Origin: Piromyces finnis finn
Taxonomy: Eukaryota > Fungi > Neocallimastigomycota
Direction: 5' to 3'
DNA: 64,000 nucleotides
Assembly: GCA_002104945.1 (NCBI GenBank)
Contig: MCFH01000002.1
Location: 1,364,001-1,428,000 of the forward strand
The notes below the pieces were generated by a model. That model made no database searches. It saw only the letters and a program-made list of their open reading frames with translations, and had not been told where the DNA came from. The position numbers were made by a program, and so were the translations under genes. Below are positions 25,297 through 38,877 of this stretch, piece after piece. Position 1 is the stretch's first letter. Every line of letters starts with the position of its first letter.

Positions 25297-26245
25297 TTTT
25301 TTTACGAAATATTTATTCAATTACTAATGAAATATCTAACATAATACTAAATTATAACTTATTATTTTTCATATATTTTTAATATATTTTTCTATATTTA
25401 TTAAAATATAAAAGAAAAAGAAAAAGAAAATCAATTATTTATATCCATTAAACCTTTTCATATTAAAAAAAAAAAAAAAAAGTAAAGTTTAATTAATTTT
25501 TTTTCGTTAAAAAAATTAAAAAAAAAATATATTAAATTAAATTTTTTTTTAATTAAATATTAATTAAAATATAATTATTTCTTTTACTTTTTTTTTTTTT
25601 CTTTTCTTTTCAATCCATTTACAATAAAAATTTATTATAAATATTTGTAATATTATTATTTTTTTTACTGAAATTTAAAGCATATTTCAAAAGAAAAGAT
25701 AATATTTATTTTAAATAAACATAAATATTTGTAAAATTTAATATTATAATTAATATTATTACCATATAATAATTTCATAAAATCAAACTCTCAAGAAACC
25801 TTATTATAATGTTTACCTTAAGATTTATATCATTTTGTGTAACATTAAGTATTTATTTATTTATTTATTTTTTTTTTTTTTTTAAATAATTTAAAACCTA
25901 ATCATATTAATATTTTCTTTCATTTCAATTTAAAAAAACCAAAATTATTTATTAAAAAATAATAAGATAGTAGTATAATAAAAAAATATAATAATTTTAC
26001 TTTTAAATATTTTTAAATAATAATCTATTATTTCTGTTATAATAAATATTTTAAATGCTAATCATTATTAATATTATTAATATTTATATATTTGGTTATT
26101 ATTAGATAGTTATAAATAATTTTTATGATGTATATTAGATAGTAGAGAACTATATCATTATTCTATTATAATTATACAAATATGTATATATCAAAACAGT
26201 GAGGTTATATTGTAATAAAAAAAAAAAAAAAGCAAACTATTTTAA

Positions 26246-26353
26246 TTATTGATATCTTTTCCAATCATTGTATTCTAACATCCATCTTTCATATAAGCGT
26301 TCTATTTTGTTTAAATATATGTATATATTAATTAGTTTGAATAATAATTATTA

Positions 26354-26401
<48 letters not shown>

Positions 26402-28592
26402 TTGAAATTTTAAGCTTTTATGTTTTACCTTTTAAAGCTGCCATAATAACTTGTAATGGGTGACCATATATTGTTTGGTGAACAATAGCCATACTATCTT
26501 CCCATTTATTTAATTTTTCAACTGATTTATATAATTCTTTCTTTTGTGACATGAAAATAAATACTTGAGAAACAATTGAAATTTGATTGATATCAGTAAT
26601 AATTTCATAATGGCAATTAGCTAATTCAAATGGTACACGGAACCAACGATTAACAAACGTTTTAAGATCCTCATTATCATCGTCAATATAAATTTGAACA
26701 AAAGTAGTACGTAAAACACTGTCTTCATCAAAATAAACATTTTGATAAAGAATATTAGAATAAGTTAAAGCAATAGCATCAGTAGCTGTAATGAAACTTA
26801 AAGTCTTAATGCAATAATCTTTTGTTGGATTTTGAATAACAACATGAATATTTAATATATTATCACAAGAAGAAACACCAATAACAATATGTAATGGGAA
26901 TGGGAATATACTTAATTTTGAACCTAGATATTTATTTATCCATTGTAATTATTTATATATATTTTTAAGTTAATAATTGTTATAATTATTTATCATAAAA
27001 AAAAAAAAGATTTTTTTATTTACTATTGTATCTATCAGTGCAGCAAAGATCACTATCTTTAATATAGAGTGATACATTATGGTCTTTAAATCTAGCATAT
27101 AATGGAGTCTAAACATAAACATAAATTTTAATAATTGTATTTTTTTATTATATTAATATTATATATATTATATATTTTTTTTAAAAAAAAAAAGGGATAT
27201 ATATATTTACAAATGCTTTTGGTTCTTGATATAAATAATTATCTTATATAATATAAAAACAACAGCAAAAAAAAAAAAAAAAACAATATTAGTTTTCATT
27301 AAAAAAAAAAATTGATTAATTTATTATAAGATTTACCTATACTAAGAATTGGATAATTTGAAGAACTACTAACAACTTCAGTAGTTTTTTTACTCATAAG
27401 ATTCATTTTTTTAGGAATTCCAATAATCTTGTGCATATTTTCATAAATATCTTCAGGAGTAGCATCTTTTAACCAGCTAATGAGATCTTCTTCTTTCATT
27501 GGTGTCATATCTTGAATTTTTTTATTTTTTTCATCATAATTTTTAATAATTTGATCAAATGTATAACGTTTTACATCACTCATATGTTGTAGTTGAGTAC
27601 GTTGATCTTTAATATTACTTTTATATGAAACTAATAATGGTTGAGAGTATGGATTAATCAATTCACTTTGATTAAATGTATTAAGGGTTTCTAAATAGGT
27701 ATTAAAACGATTATTTTGAAAAACAGTACCATTCATATTACTTTGTAAATCATTGCGAGCATTTATAGAATTAATAGTTAATGATTGATTAACAGCTGAA
27801 AGTGGTGAACCAGTAATTTCTGTTTTAAATCCTTCAATAGCACTTTTGATAGGAGATGATACCTTTTCAATATTTGTTTTAATTTGTGGTCTTAGATCTT
27901 TTTCTTTTTCCTCTTTTATTTGTTGTTCTTTTTCTCTTTCTTCTCTTTCTTTTTCTTCTTTTTCTTTTCTCTCTTTCTCCTCTTTTTCTTGTGCTTTTTT
28001 AAAATCATTTTCATTTATAATATAATTTACAATATCAAGAGAGCCTTGATGTGAAAGTTGGAATGAAGTACTTTTAAATATATCACTACTGATGAAACTT
28101 AAACTAGAAAAGGTTGATAAAGTTCTAGGTACATCAGTAATATCGTCAGTTTTTAATGGTTCATGTGTTTTTTCAGCATTTTCTTTTAAATCTGCTTCAG
28201 GTATTTCTTCATTATTTTCTTTTAAATTTGATTTTGGTATTTCTTCATTTTTTTCCTTTATATTTGAAGATTTTTCTTCAATAATACCATTAATAAAAGA
28301 ATTTGGTTTTAATTCATTAATAAAATTCAAAACATTTTCATTGCTAATAACTGATATAGGAGATTTAAAAGATGACAATGTATTATTTCCATCTGTTTTA
28401 GTATTCACATTAATTCTTGAACTTTTTTTATCATTAGTGGAAGTTACTAATAAAAATTCATCCTTTTTTTTTTTTTTTTTAAATTAAATAATCATAATAA
28501 GAATATAAATATTATATATAATATTATTAATGTCATACTTTTTATAAAAATATACTTACTTTATTATTATATTTTTTATTCTTTATTATCAT
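26246..28592 (-). CDS. Hypothetical protein: low-complexity/charged N-terminal half and an unrecognised globular C-terminal region
   Basis: Large exon containing the 369-aa ORF (KEEKE run). Further in-frame exons: TPLYARFKDHNVSLYIKDSDLCCTDRYN (about 27110-27020), SKLSIFPFPLHIVIGV...GHPLQVIMAALK (about 26920-26430) and ERLYERWMLEYNDWKRYQ* (ends 26246). The start at 28592 (MIIKNKKYNNK|DEF) is tentative. Confidence 0.7.
26355..26400. repeat. (AAT)n microsatellite in an intron
   Basis: aataataat run in the last intron of the hypothetical gene. Confidence 0.9.
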
Positions 28593-30243
28593 GAGTATTA
28601 TATTATATATATATTAATGATAATGAATTTTAAATATTCAATATATAATATTATAAAATATTTTTAGATGTAATAATAGAGTATTACATTTGTTATATAT
28701 ATATAATTATTATAATAAATAATTGATTGATATTTTAATAATGACTTCTTACATTATTTATGTTTAAGTATGGAGCATATTGATATGGTAAGCTTTTTTT
28801 TTTTTAAAAAAAAAAAACGTTTATTTCGATTTAATTTAAAGTTAATGATAAAGTTGTTTATTTTATTAAAAAATATATATTTATATTTAATAATTAAGAT
28901 ATACGATTAAAATAAAAATAAAAATAAAAATGAATATAAAAGAAAATATAGATATATGTTATTAGTTATTCGTTTTTTATGATAATATATTATAAATAAA
29001 ATAAAAATTACATCTTCATCTTGCTTTTTTATTTCAATTTAGATAATAAATAAAATATACACTGTCTGTTCAATCTTTATATTTGAAGATTTTTAGTTAC
29101 AAATTATTATAAAATTTAGAATTTGAAAATAATAGTAAAATTAAAAATTATAATTAAATAGTAGAAAAAGAAATTGATATTTTAATATCTAGTTTTGATA
29201 GTAATAATAATTCTATATTAGAACATAGGTACTTTTATTTTATAAAGTACACAAATTACAAAGGGAAAAAAAAAAAAATAAAATAAAAAGTTTTTTAATT
29301 ATGATTTTAATAATTAGAATAAAATAAAAATAAAAATCAACTTTAACAAATATAATATAATAAAAACAATTTGATATACATAAATGTCTTTATTATTGAA
29401 ATTTAAAATCATACAAATGTACAAATAACAAATTATAGGTGTTTTATTTATAAGAAAAAAAAAAAAAAATAAGAATTTAAAAAAATATTAGTAACTAATG
29501 ATTACGTAAATAAAATTAGAAAATAAAAAAAAAATTTCTCCTTTTCAAATTAAAAATAACTTTTACTAAGAAATATTTTAATTTATTATTTTTAACTACT
29601 TTTTTTTTTTTTTTTTGACTATCCTTAACCAAAATTTTAATTTGACATAATTAATAATGATAAACTTTCTTTTAAAATAATAATAATTAAAAATAATAAT
29701 AATAATAATAATTAACCAACTTTAATCACTAGTAAATATATGTATTTAAAAAAAATAATAACTATAAAATATTAATAAATATGTATTTTTTTTTTTTTTT
29801 TAAAATAAATAATAATATTTATTTTTATTAGTTATTTCATTAACATAAATAATATTATTTGTAATTGTGAATATTAGATCTGATTTAGTTAAATAATAAA
29901 TGAAAAGGATTAAATTATTAATTTATTATTACAATAAAAAAATGAATAAATATGTTAAAAAGTGTTAAGATTGTATTACAGAAATGAATGACAAAAAAAA
30001 AGTATTATATTAATAATTTTCATATTTCATATTATTATAAATCAATTTCATAGTATAATAACTTTTTTTTTATCTTTGACTTTAAAGAAAGCTGTATATT
30101 GAACTATAAACTATGAAAAATGCTATTCCATAAATATATTGACATTTATTACTATTGCTTTATTTGTTAAAATTAAGAAATTTTCCATTTTTGTTTATAA
30201 TTATTTGGCTTTCTTCTTTTTCATTATAAGTATCTCAAATGTT

Positions 30244-30980
30244 TTAATTTTGAATATTTCTTAAAACTATAAATAGAATATCATAAAAATATATTTAAAT
30301 TTTGTTAATATTTAAACTTTGAAATATGTCATCCATAATAAAACAATACATATATGTTTATTATTTAAAGTTGAATATTAATCTTTACCTAATATAACCT
30401 ATGTTGCAAATGATTGATGTAAAATATTAATAATATCAAATGTTAATTATTAGTAAATAAAAATTTTTACTGAGCAGCAATATCTTTTTAATTATAATTC
30501 TTTCAAAATACATATTCATTTTTCTCTACTTACAGAATCACCACGAAGGAACATTTTTGGAATAAATCTATCTTTATTAACTGGTTTAGCTTTCTTTTGA
30601 CCCTTACCAGTCTTTGGAGTTTCAGTCCACATCTTTTATATTATCATTAAAAAACGTTTTATAAAATATAACAATATACTATATTAATATAAAGTCTTTG
30701 AATGCAAACAATTGCTTTATAATTATACATAATAAATATTTCTAATTTCAATAAATTATAACTTACTTCCTTAACATTTTCTAAAACCATATTCATATGA
30801 CGATCGAAAGCTTTAACTCTAGCTAATAATTTTTTGTTGTTTCTGCAACTGATTAAAATTTGAGTATTATTCTTTACAGATTGTGATAAAACTGAAAGTG
30901 GACCAGAATTGAATTCTTCTTCTTCGATTTTACGAAGTTCTTCTTCAGTCATTTCTGACTTTGGCTTATCAACAACTCCT
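30244..30980 (-). CDS. SMD2: Small nuclear ribonucleoprotein Sm D2
   Basis: [28 protein letters not shown]...[27 protein letters not shown]|[11 protein letters not shown]...KMFLRGDS|VILV|LRNIQN*. Exons 30980-30767, 30632-30534, 30398-30389 (10 nt) and 30266-30244. A possible first exon is 31166-31156 (MKDK); otherwise the start is at 30952. Confidence 0.96.
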
Positions 30981-32073
30981 CTTTACATTTTTTTTATTTA
31001 TATAAAAATATTATATTAGTTTTCTTATTGTTTTAAACTTACAAAATGAATTTAATAGTATAGAATTTTCTCAGTTATATATTTTAGCTTTAATTAAATT
31101 TTTAAATCAATTAATCATCAATTATTTATTTCATTTCTTTTCAATTTATATATACTTGTCTTTCATTTATTTTTATTTAAGATAATTATGTAAAAAATAT
31201 ATATGTATACAATTATTCATTTTTATTATTTTATATTTTAAATATTAATTTATTATTTAAATTCGAAATTCTATATATAAAATTATTGATATTTATTAAA
31301 TTCTAATCATTGTTTTTTTAAACACAAAATATGATCAACTAGAAAACTTTTAATGAAAAAAAAAATATTGACTCTAAATATAATCAGCGATTACAATATG
31401 AATTTATAAATATACTCTTTTATATTTATTCTTTATTTTTGATATTTTTTTTTTTTTTTTTTATTTGTCTTTCTTCTTCTTCTTTTTTTTTTTTTTTTCC
31501 TCTTTCCCTATTTTTCTTGTATTTTCTTTGAAATGTTTATGATGCCCTTTTTTTAAAAAAATATATATATTTTAAGTATTTCAATCAAAAAATGAATCTA
31601 ACATCCAAACTTTTGACTCATCAATTTCAAACATCATATATTGAATATATAGAAAATATATAAACAATTCTGTAATTAAAAAAAAGGTAAAAAGGAAAAA
31701 GAAAAAAGGAAGAAATAGAAATTATATTCAATTTTTTTAAATTTATTAATTTATATATTTTACTTACGACATGATGTATTATATATATATAAATAAAATT
31801 TTACAATTAAAATATAAAAAAAAAAAAAATTAAAAAAAAAAAATAGAAATAAAATGTTTAATTTTTAACCATAAAATATTATTGGTTAAAATGTATATTA
31901 CAATAAATTATTAAAAAGATTTCAATAATCAATTAAAAATTAATTATGTTGGTATTTCAATGATTTATTTTTTATTTAATATTATTTGGTATATGTTAAA
32001 ATATAATTATTGTAAAATTATCTATTAAATATTATTTTCTATTATTTATTTATATAAAAAGTAAATAATTTTA

Positions 32074-33556
32074 TTATGATTGATTCATTCTTTCAATATC
32101 ATTATTTAAAACTCTTATTTCATTAATAATATTTGAATAATTTGTAGCTAATTCATTGAATTCTTCACCAGCATATTCATATTCCATTAAACGTTCATTA
32201 ATGATGTTTAATTGATTCTCTACTTCTTCTTTTTTCATTAAAAAGGTTTCTCTTTATCAAATAAATATTTTTTAAAAAAATTAGTTATTTATTCAAAATT
32301 TATTAGTAATAAATATTATAATGAATATTAACCTTATATTGATTAATGCTGATATAGTTTCCTCTGTATACAATGATTCCATTATTTCAATTTTCAATAC
32401 ACTATAATAATATATATAAATAATAAATAAATATTTTATTTAATATATAATAATTTACACAATTATTATAAAAATTATATTTTACTTTAATTTTAAGAAA
32501 ATGTTTTCAATAATAGCTGAATAATAATTATTAAAAGCAGCGTTAAGTTCAGTATATTTTTGGCATTTATGATAAATTAATATTTTATATAGAGTTTCTA
32601 ACGTTTCACAATAAAACTATTAAATGTATTATATTATTAAAAAATAATGTTATTAATATATAATAATAATAATAAGAAGAAGAAGAAGAAGAAAAGATAA
32701 ATGCATAAAAAAAATACCTTTATAAAATCATGAAAAAGATTAATTAAAATGAAATTATTATTATCGATTTTTTTTAATTGCTCTTCAATATTCTCTAATT
32801 CTTTGCTAACAGACTTTGGTATTTCATTAAATTGTGAATTTAACATATCTTGTGTATAAGCTATTGTCATTAAATTTATTTTTTTTAAAAAATATAATTA
32901 TCATTTATTTATAGATATGAAAATACAAAATAAATATAATATTTACTATCATTAACTTTTTTTCCATAATAAAAGCGTGTTATTTCATTAGAAGTTGAAG
33001 TAAGAATTAAATTAACATCACTCAAAAGTAACCTTTTTGCCTTCTTTAATATTATAAAAACATTTAAAATTATATTTTTGTTAAAAAAAAAAAAAAAGGA
33101 AAGAAAAGAAAAGAAAAGAAATAATAATGATAATAATAATAAACATACATTAACAATATCCTTATTATATACAGATATTTTATCATTAATAATTTCTTCT
33201 GTTAGACCTAATATATTTGTATTGATACTATTTAAATTGATATTTTCAATTGAATTTAATATTGAATTATTCTCCATTTTAGTGATATTTGTTTTTGAAT
33301 TGTCTTCCCCGGAATTAAAAGTTAAGTCAATAATTGATTTCTCCTTTTCATTATTATTATCTTGAGTATTTTTATTTTGTATATTTTTCATTTCTACAAA
33401 TCTATTCAAAATATTATTTTTAATTTCTTCAATTTTAATTTGGTCATCTTTTTCATTGGGTATCATTTCTAAATTTTGTCTTATTTGTTCACATTTTATT
33501 AAATTATCTATGATTTCATAACACTTTTTTTTTTAGTTGAAAATTTATTTGCATTC

Positions 33557-33591
<35 letters not shown>

Positions 33592-34335
33592 TTTGAATTA
33601 TAAAATAATTAATATACGTATATACTTTATTTTAGAAATTTCATATATTTAACTCTTATTTATAAATTCTATTAATATTAATATATATATATTTAAAAAA
33701 AAAAAAAAAACATTGATAATAATAATAATAATAATAATTATAAAATATTAAATTACCTTGGCTTTATTGATTTCATTCATATTACCTGTACTATCTGCTA
33801 CTTTAACACCATTTACTAAATCCAATATAATTTCATATAATAATTTATTTTCTAAATAATCCTTCTTTATTGATTTATAATCAGCTATCTTAATACCATT
33901 CAAATTACATTAATAATTATTAATATGAATATTTTAAAATAAGGATTATATATATATTAAAAAACTTTAAAATATTAAAATTAAATTACTAATTTTAAAT
34001 TTATTTTATAAATGTAATATATGTTTATGTTCATGTATATAAAAAAGGAATTTCAGAATTGTTACATTTTAAAATACTGAATAAAAATTTGCTATTAAAA
34101 AAAAAAAAAAAAAAAAGATGAAGAGAAAACATACTTCATAATAATTTTTAATTCGTGTAAATGAACCATTACTTGCTAGTAAATTTTTATCTTCAATATC
34201 CTGTAGCAATTTATTAAAATATACATTTTCCTTTTTAATCCATGATGGTACATCTTTAAATAATGGTTCTTTCTTTATAGGCTCTTTTTTTTTATTAGAA
34301 AGAGGTGATGTTAAAGGTGTTCTACTAAATGACAT
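32074..34335 (-). CDS. Coiled-coil protein, HAUS augmin-like complex subunit 4-like, multi-exon
   Basis: Exons from MSFSRTPLTSP (34335) to ...ERMNQS* (32074). The C-terminal LKIEIMESLYTEETISALIKIRETF...EYECAGEEFNELATNYSNI resembles the remembered HAUS4 C-terminus (DTYT.EKVE.HRLIR...YEVLGEEFDRLVKEY). Identification rests on this region only. Confidence 0.65.
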
Positions 34336-34721
34336 TTTTATTATTATTATTATTATTATTATAATTATAATTTATAATTATCTATAAACTGCAATTTTTA
34401 AATTTATAATTTAATATATACCAAAATTTAACCAATAAAATAATTTTTATATATCACTTTTCTTTTGTACTACATTTCTACTTTATTTTTATTGCAATAT
34501 TTTTTTAGAATTTATTTATTCAATTTTTGCAATATTTTTATCACTACAAATAAAACATTAATTATGGCAGATTTTTCTACTATTTATTAATATTTATAAT
34601 TTTTATTTATTCATTTCTTTTATTATTTATTTTTTGATATTTCCATTATTTTATATAACATCTTTTTAATTTATTTAGAAAAAAATAAATAATTGATATA
34701 TATTTAATAATAAAAATATGT

Positions 34722-35387
34722 CTATTGAGTCTTCTTCTTCTTTCCACCAAGAACATGCTTACGTTGTTTAATCATATGCATATAAAGCATTGGGAATACT
34801 AATTTAATAAAACATCATATATATTATATATAAAAATATTATATTAATAGGTTTAATGTATTAATTTGTTTTATGTAGTAATAATAATGCAATAATAATA
34901 ACTATTTAGTAAAATGAAATTAATATCTTACATGGAATATAGAAAAGAAGAGTCATATAACAAACATATGGAAGATATTGATTAATTTTAGCAATAGCTG
35001 GAATAGCGGTGTAAATTAAAACGCATTCACTGGAAGCACCGACTGGATAAAGAACATAGAAGAAAGTGTATCTAATAAGTTTAAAAAAAAAAAATAATAT
35101 CATAGTCAATCTTTATATGTACTTACACATTTATGATACAATATTGATAATATTAAATAATAAGTATATAATATTATTTACCTAATCCAAGTAAGTATTT
35201 TAACTTGAATCTTGAAGATATTTAAAGCATAATATAAATATCTAATAACCTCAGTAACACACCAAGCAATAACCATTAAAGATAAGAATGGACTTTGATA
35301 GGTCTGATAAATAATAAATAAACATGTCCACAAATAATTATTTAGTTATTGTTGTTGTTGTTATTTTATTTTTATTTTTTTATCAAT

Positions 35388-35422
<35 letters not shown>

Positions 35423-36299
35423 TTCATTCATTCATTCATTCATTCATTCATTGTTAATACATTATAAAAAATATTAATAAATTATTACCTTTGAATCATT
35501 GGTGAAGTATAAGACAAAGTAACTAACGAAAAGTCTAGAGAAAACTTGACAAGTAGTAGTGAAAACTGGGGATGGAACAAAACCTATTAAAAAGAGTAAA
35601 AATAAAAAAAGTTAATTGCCTGGGTTATAAAAATAATAACAGTAGTAGTAATTAGTTTTTAATAGTTACCAATAAGAGAATGTAATATCTAAAATAAATT
35701 AAGAATATAAAAAATATAAAAAGAATGATATTAATAATTGATGTATCATAATATTTTGTATAATTGCATATAATACCATTATTAATTAATTATTTATTTA
35801 TAATATTCAACTTTAAACTTTTTTTGGTATAAAACAAAAATAAAATAAAAAATAAAAAATAAAATAAAAAGATATAGTATATGGATTTACTTCTAAAGAA
35901 GCACATGCTTGGACAATGGTTAATTCATTTCTGATGTTATCATAAACTTTGGAATAATCTCCATTTGTTTCAATTAAAGTTTTAATTAAAAGTAATAAAA
36001 CATAACTCCAACCAGCAAAAGAAAGCATATTGTAAACGAATAAATATAACTTTACAAAAAGTGGTTTTTCCTTTCTTTTTGCTATATATCATAATAGTAA
36101 ATAAATGTATAATATTTTGTAAATTTAAGATTATTTACTATTAATAAAATTTATAATTTTTGTACATATAAATATATATTTTTATTGCATATATAATTCA
36201 TTTGAATTTGTTAGATTTAAGTATAATTATTTCCGATAGCTTACGTTTAGAAGCTTGTGGCTTCTTTGGTGTAGCTCTAGCAACCTTTTTATTAGTCAT
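34722..36299 (-). CDS. PHS1: Very-long-chain 3-hydroxyacyl-CoA dehydratase (PHS1/HACD, PTPLA family)
   Basis: YLFVYNMLSFAGW, IVQACASLE, PVFTTTCQVFSRL, MVIAWCVTEVIRYLYY, LTWI|RYTFFYVLYPVGASSE (catalytic Tyr and Glu), FPMLYMHMIKQRKHVLGGKKKTQ*. Confidence 0.95.
35386..35452. repeat. Compound (TTTA)n(TTCA)n microsatellite in a PHS1 intron
   Basis: A tttatttattta run switches directly into ttcattcattca. Confidence 0.9.
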
Positions 36300-36764
36300 T
36301 TTTAATTATTTTTTTTTAATAAAAAAAATAAAATTATCAATAAAGTAAATCAACTAATAAATTTTTTATTTTAGAAAATAATTTGATCAACCAATAATTT
36401 TTCTATTATAAAAATTAAAGAGGTTAATCAACATCATAATTACTATTTAAAATAATATTATATATTTTCAATGAATCCAGTTTAATTTTGTATCTATATA
36501 AGTCAATCATCATATATCATGAATTACATAGAATTATTCTCGAAAGTCTTGCACTAAAAGAGAAAGGACTGAAAGAGTTTGAAGTTTACTAAATAAACAT
36601 TATTTTCTTCTAACTTTATATTAAAAATTCAAAAAAGAAAATTTTTAAAATATAGATATAAAATACTGAATTAAATTTCTTCTTTTTCTTAAATTAGCTT
36701 TAAATGTTCTAAATTAACATTTCTGCATAAAAAGAATGTACAACCAAAAAAGTTAAAATTATTT

Positions 36765-36806
<42 letters not shown>

Positions 36807-36988
36807 GTTTCTTAGAATATCTAATGTAAATAACTAATAAAATGTATATGAAAACACTACCTACAAAATGAAAAACTTATTATTTTATTTAATCCAATTT
36901 AGTAATAATAAAAATATTGATATTAGACTAAATTGATGAAGTAAATCAATATATATATATATTGATTTTTCAAATTCTAAATGTGAAC

Positions 36989-37174
<186 letters not shown>

Positions 37175-38016
37175 GAATACTATGATTATGATTATAGATA
37201 TATCACACATACACCATACATCTTTAGTTTCTCGTGTAATTTGCATATGATTCTTTAGCCAATACAAAAATTTTTAATACTATGATTTTTCCATTTAATA
37301 AAATTATCTTTTTACATTTTTTTAAAAAACATTTTTAAATTAATAAAGCATTCAGTAAGGATATTATACGATATTTTATAATTAATCTACTATATATACG
37401 TATATATATAAAGTAATCTTAGTATGTACTAAAAAAAAAAAAAAGTTTAATAATATTATTGAATAAGAAAAGAAAAACTTTTTTTTTTATTAATTTAAAA
37501 TACATTTATTTAAAGGTATATTGTATTTAAACTTATATGTGTTATAATGATATATTATATTAACTTTATACTATTAATTATTATCTAATCACTTTACGCT
37601 GTTCATAAATATATAAGATATAATTATCTTTTTAAAGTTTACTATATTGATAATTTTGATAATTATGCTACTTTATTGATAGTAACTCTTTTCATTAACC
37701 TGGTATATTTTATGTTTTTAAAGTATGAAAAGATTAATATATAAGCATATAAATATATAAAAATGCATTATATATTATATATATATCCTAATAATTAATA
37801 AAATTTTTAGAATTAAACATATTATGTATTTATTATACTAAATATTCCAATTCTATTGTTTTGAATACTGATATGTATATATAATAAGTAATAATTAAAT
37901 ACTGTTATATATTAGATCTAGATTTCTTGTTTAAAACTACTTTATTTCTTCGTACTACGCATCTCTTAACAAAATATACTTCCAAACTTATACAATAATG
38001 AATATAATATGGGTAT

Positions 38017-38877
38017 TTAATCTGGGAATACACTAAATATTCCATATAAAATTATCATCAAAGCACTTATCTGAAGGCATACATAAAATGACCAATATAT
38101 AAATTCATGATTATTTTTTGATACAAAATCTAAAGTATTATATTTTACTCGTATTCTGTTATATTCTTTATTATGACATTCACAAGGGCAAATACTTCTT
38201 TCTTTAAATACATTGCTAAAACTCACATAATTTTGATATGTTTTTGTATTCTTTTTATTAATTGATTTATATCCATTTGGTATTTTATCATTTTCTAATA
38301 CTTTATAACTTTTAACCTTTCCTCCATATACTTTTGTTGAGCCGTAACATCCATACTGATAGTTTTGCGATGATTTGTTATCATCCGCCTTTCCTACAAG
38401 AACATTATAATGATGTTGCTTTTCTTCATCATTATTTACATAGGTTGAATTGGACATATTTGACATATATGATTTCGAGGACTTACTAGTTCCTTTTGTT
38501 GTATTGCTCAAATATAGCTTATATTCATTCTCTTCATTTAATGTAGAATCATTAACATCTATATCATTTGGTCTTAAATTATTTAAATGATCTTCTATGA
38601 TTTCTAAATTACTTTTTATTTTCATTTTTTCATTGAAAAGAGTACCTGGGGAAAAAAAATCATCTTTAATATTACATTTATTTTGCTTTTTTGAACAATT
38701 TGCTTCTGTACATACAAGACATTCTTCTTCCTTTGAATGGTCTTCTATATATCTATAGTTTTTTCTTATAAAAAAATAATATAATATATATATTATTGAA
38801 AAAATAAAATATAATATTGCTGCCCAAAATATTAATGGAAATATTTTTGATAATGCGAAATCACCAATTTCTTCATC
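38017..38877 (-). CDS. Hypothetical membrane protein (partial model): TM helix, long polar loop, TM helix
   Basis: The open frame extends upstream of the 202-aa ORF to an acceptor near 38878: DEEIGDFALSKIFPLIFWAAILYFIFSIIYILYYFFIRK (TM), then about 230 polar residues, then FIYWSFYVCLQISALMIILYGIFSVFPD. The 5' exons are unresolved. Confidence 0.55.
   Translation of the reverse strand, partial: DEEIGDFALSKIFPLIFWAAILYFIFSIIYILYYFFIRKNYRYIEDHSKEEECLVCTEANCSKKQNKCNIKDDFFSPGTLFNEKMKIKSNLEIIEDHLNNLRPNDIDVNDSTLNEENEYKLYLSNTTKGTSKSSKSYMSNMSNSTYVNNDEEKQHHYNVLVGKADDNKSSQNYQYGCYGSTKVYGGKVKSYKVLENDKIPNGYKSINKKNTKTYQNYVSFSNVFKERSICPCECHNKEYNRIRVKYNTLDFVSKNNHEFIYWSFYVCLQISALMIILYGIFSVFPD

Noticed and set aside
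30980-30988. In-frame ATG-TAA before Sm D2, suggesting a pseudogene
   Set aside because: It lies within the 3' end of an intron (acceptor TAAAG), and the rest of the gene is intact.
31490-31680. Short coding-like snippets (MMFEIDESKVWMLDSFFD)
   Set aside because: No consistent splice sites or start/stop structure could be built.
36545-36575. Small hairpin followed by CTGA upstream of PHS1 (C/D snoRNA?)
   Set aside because: No canonical C box at a suitable distance, and the stem is short.
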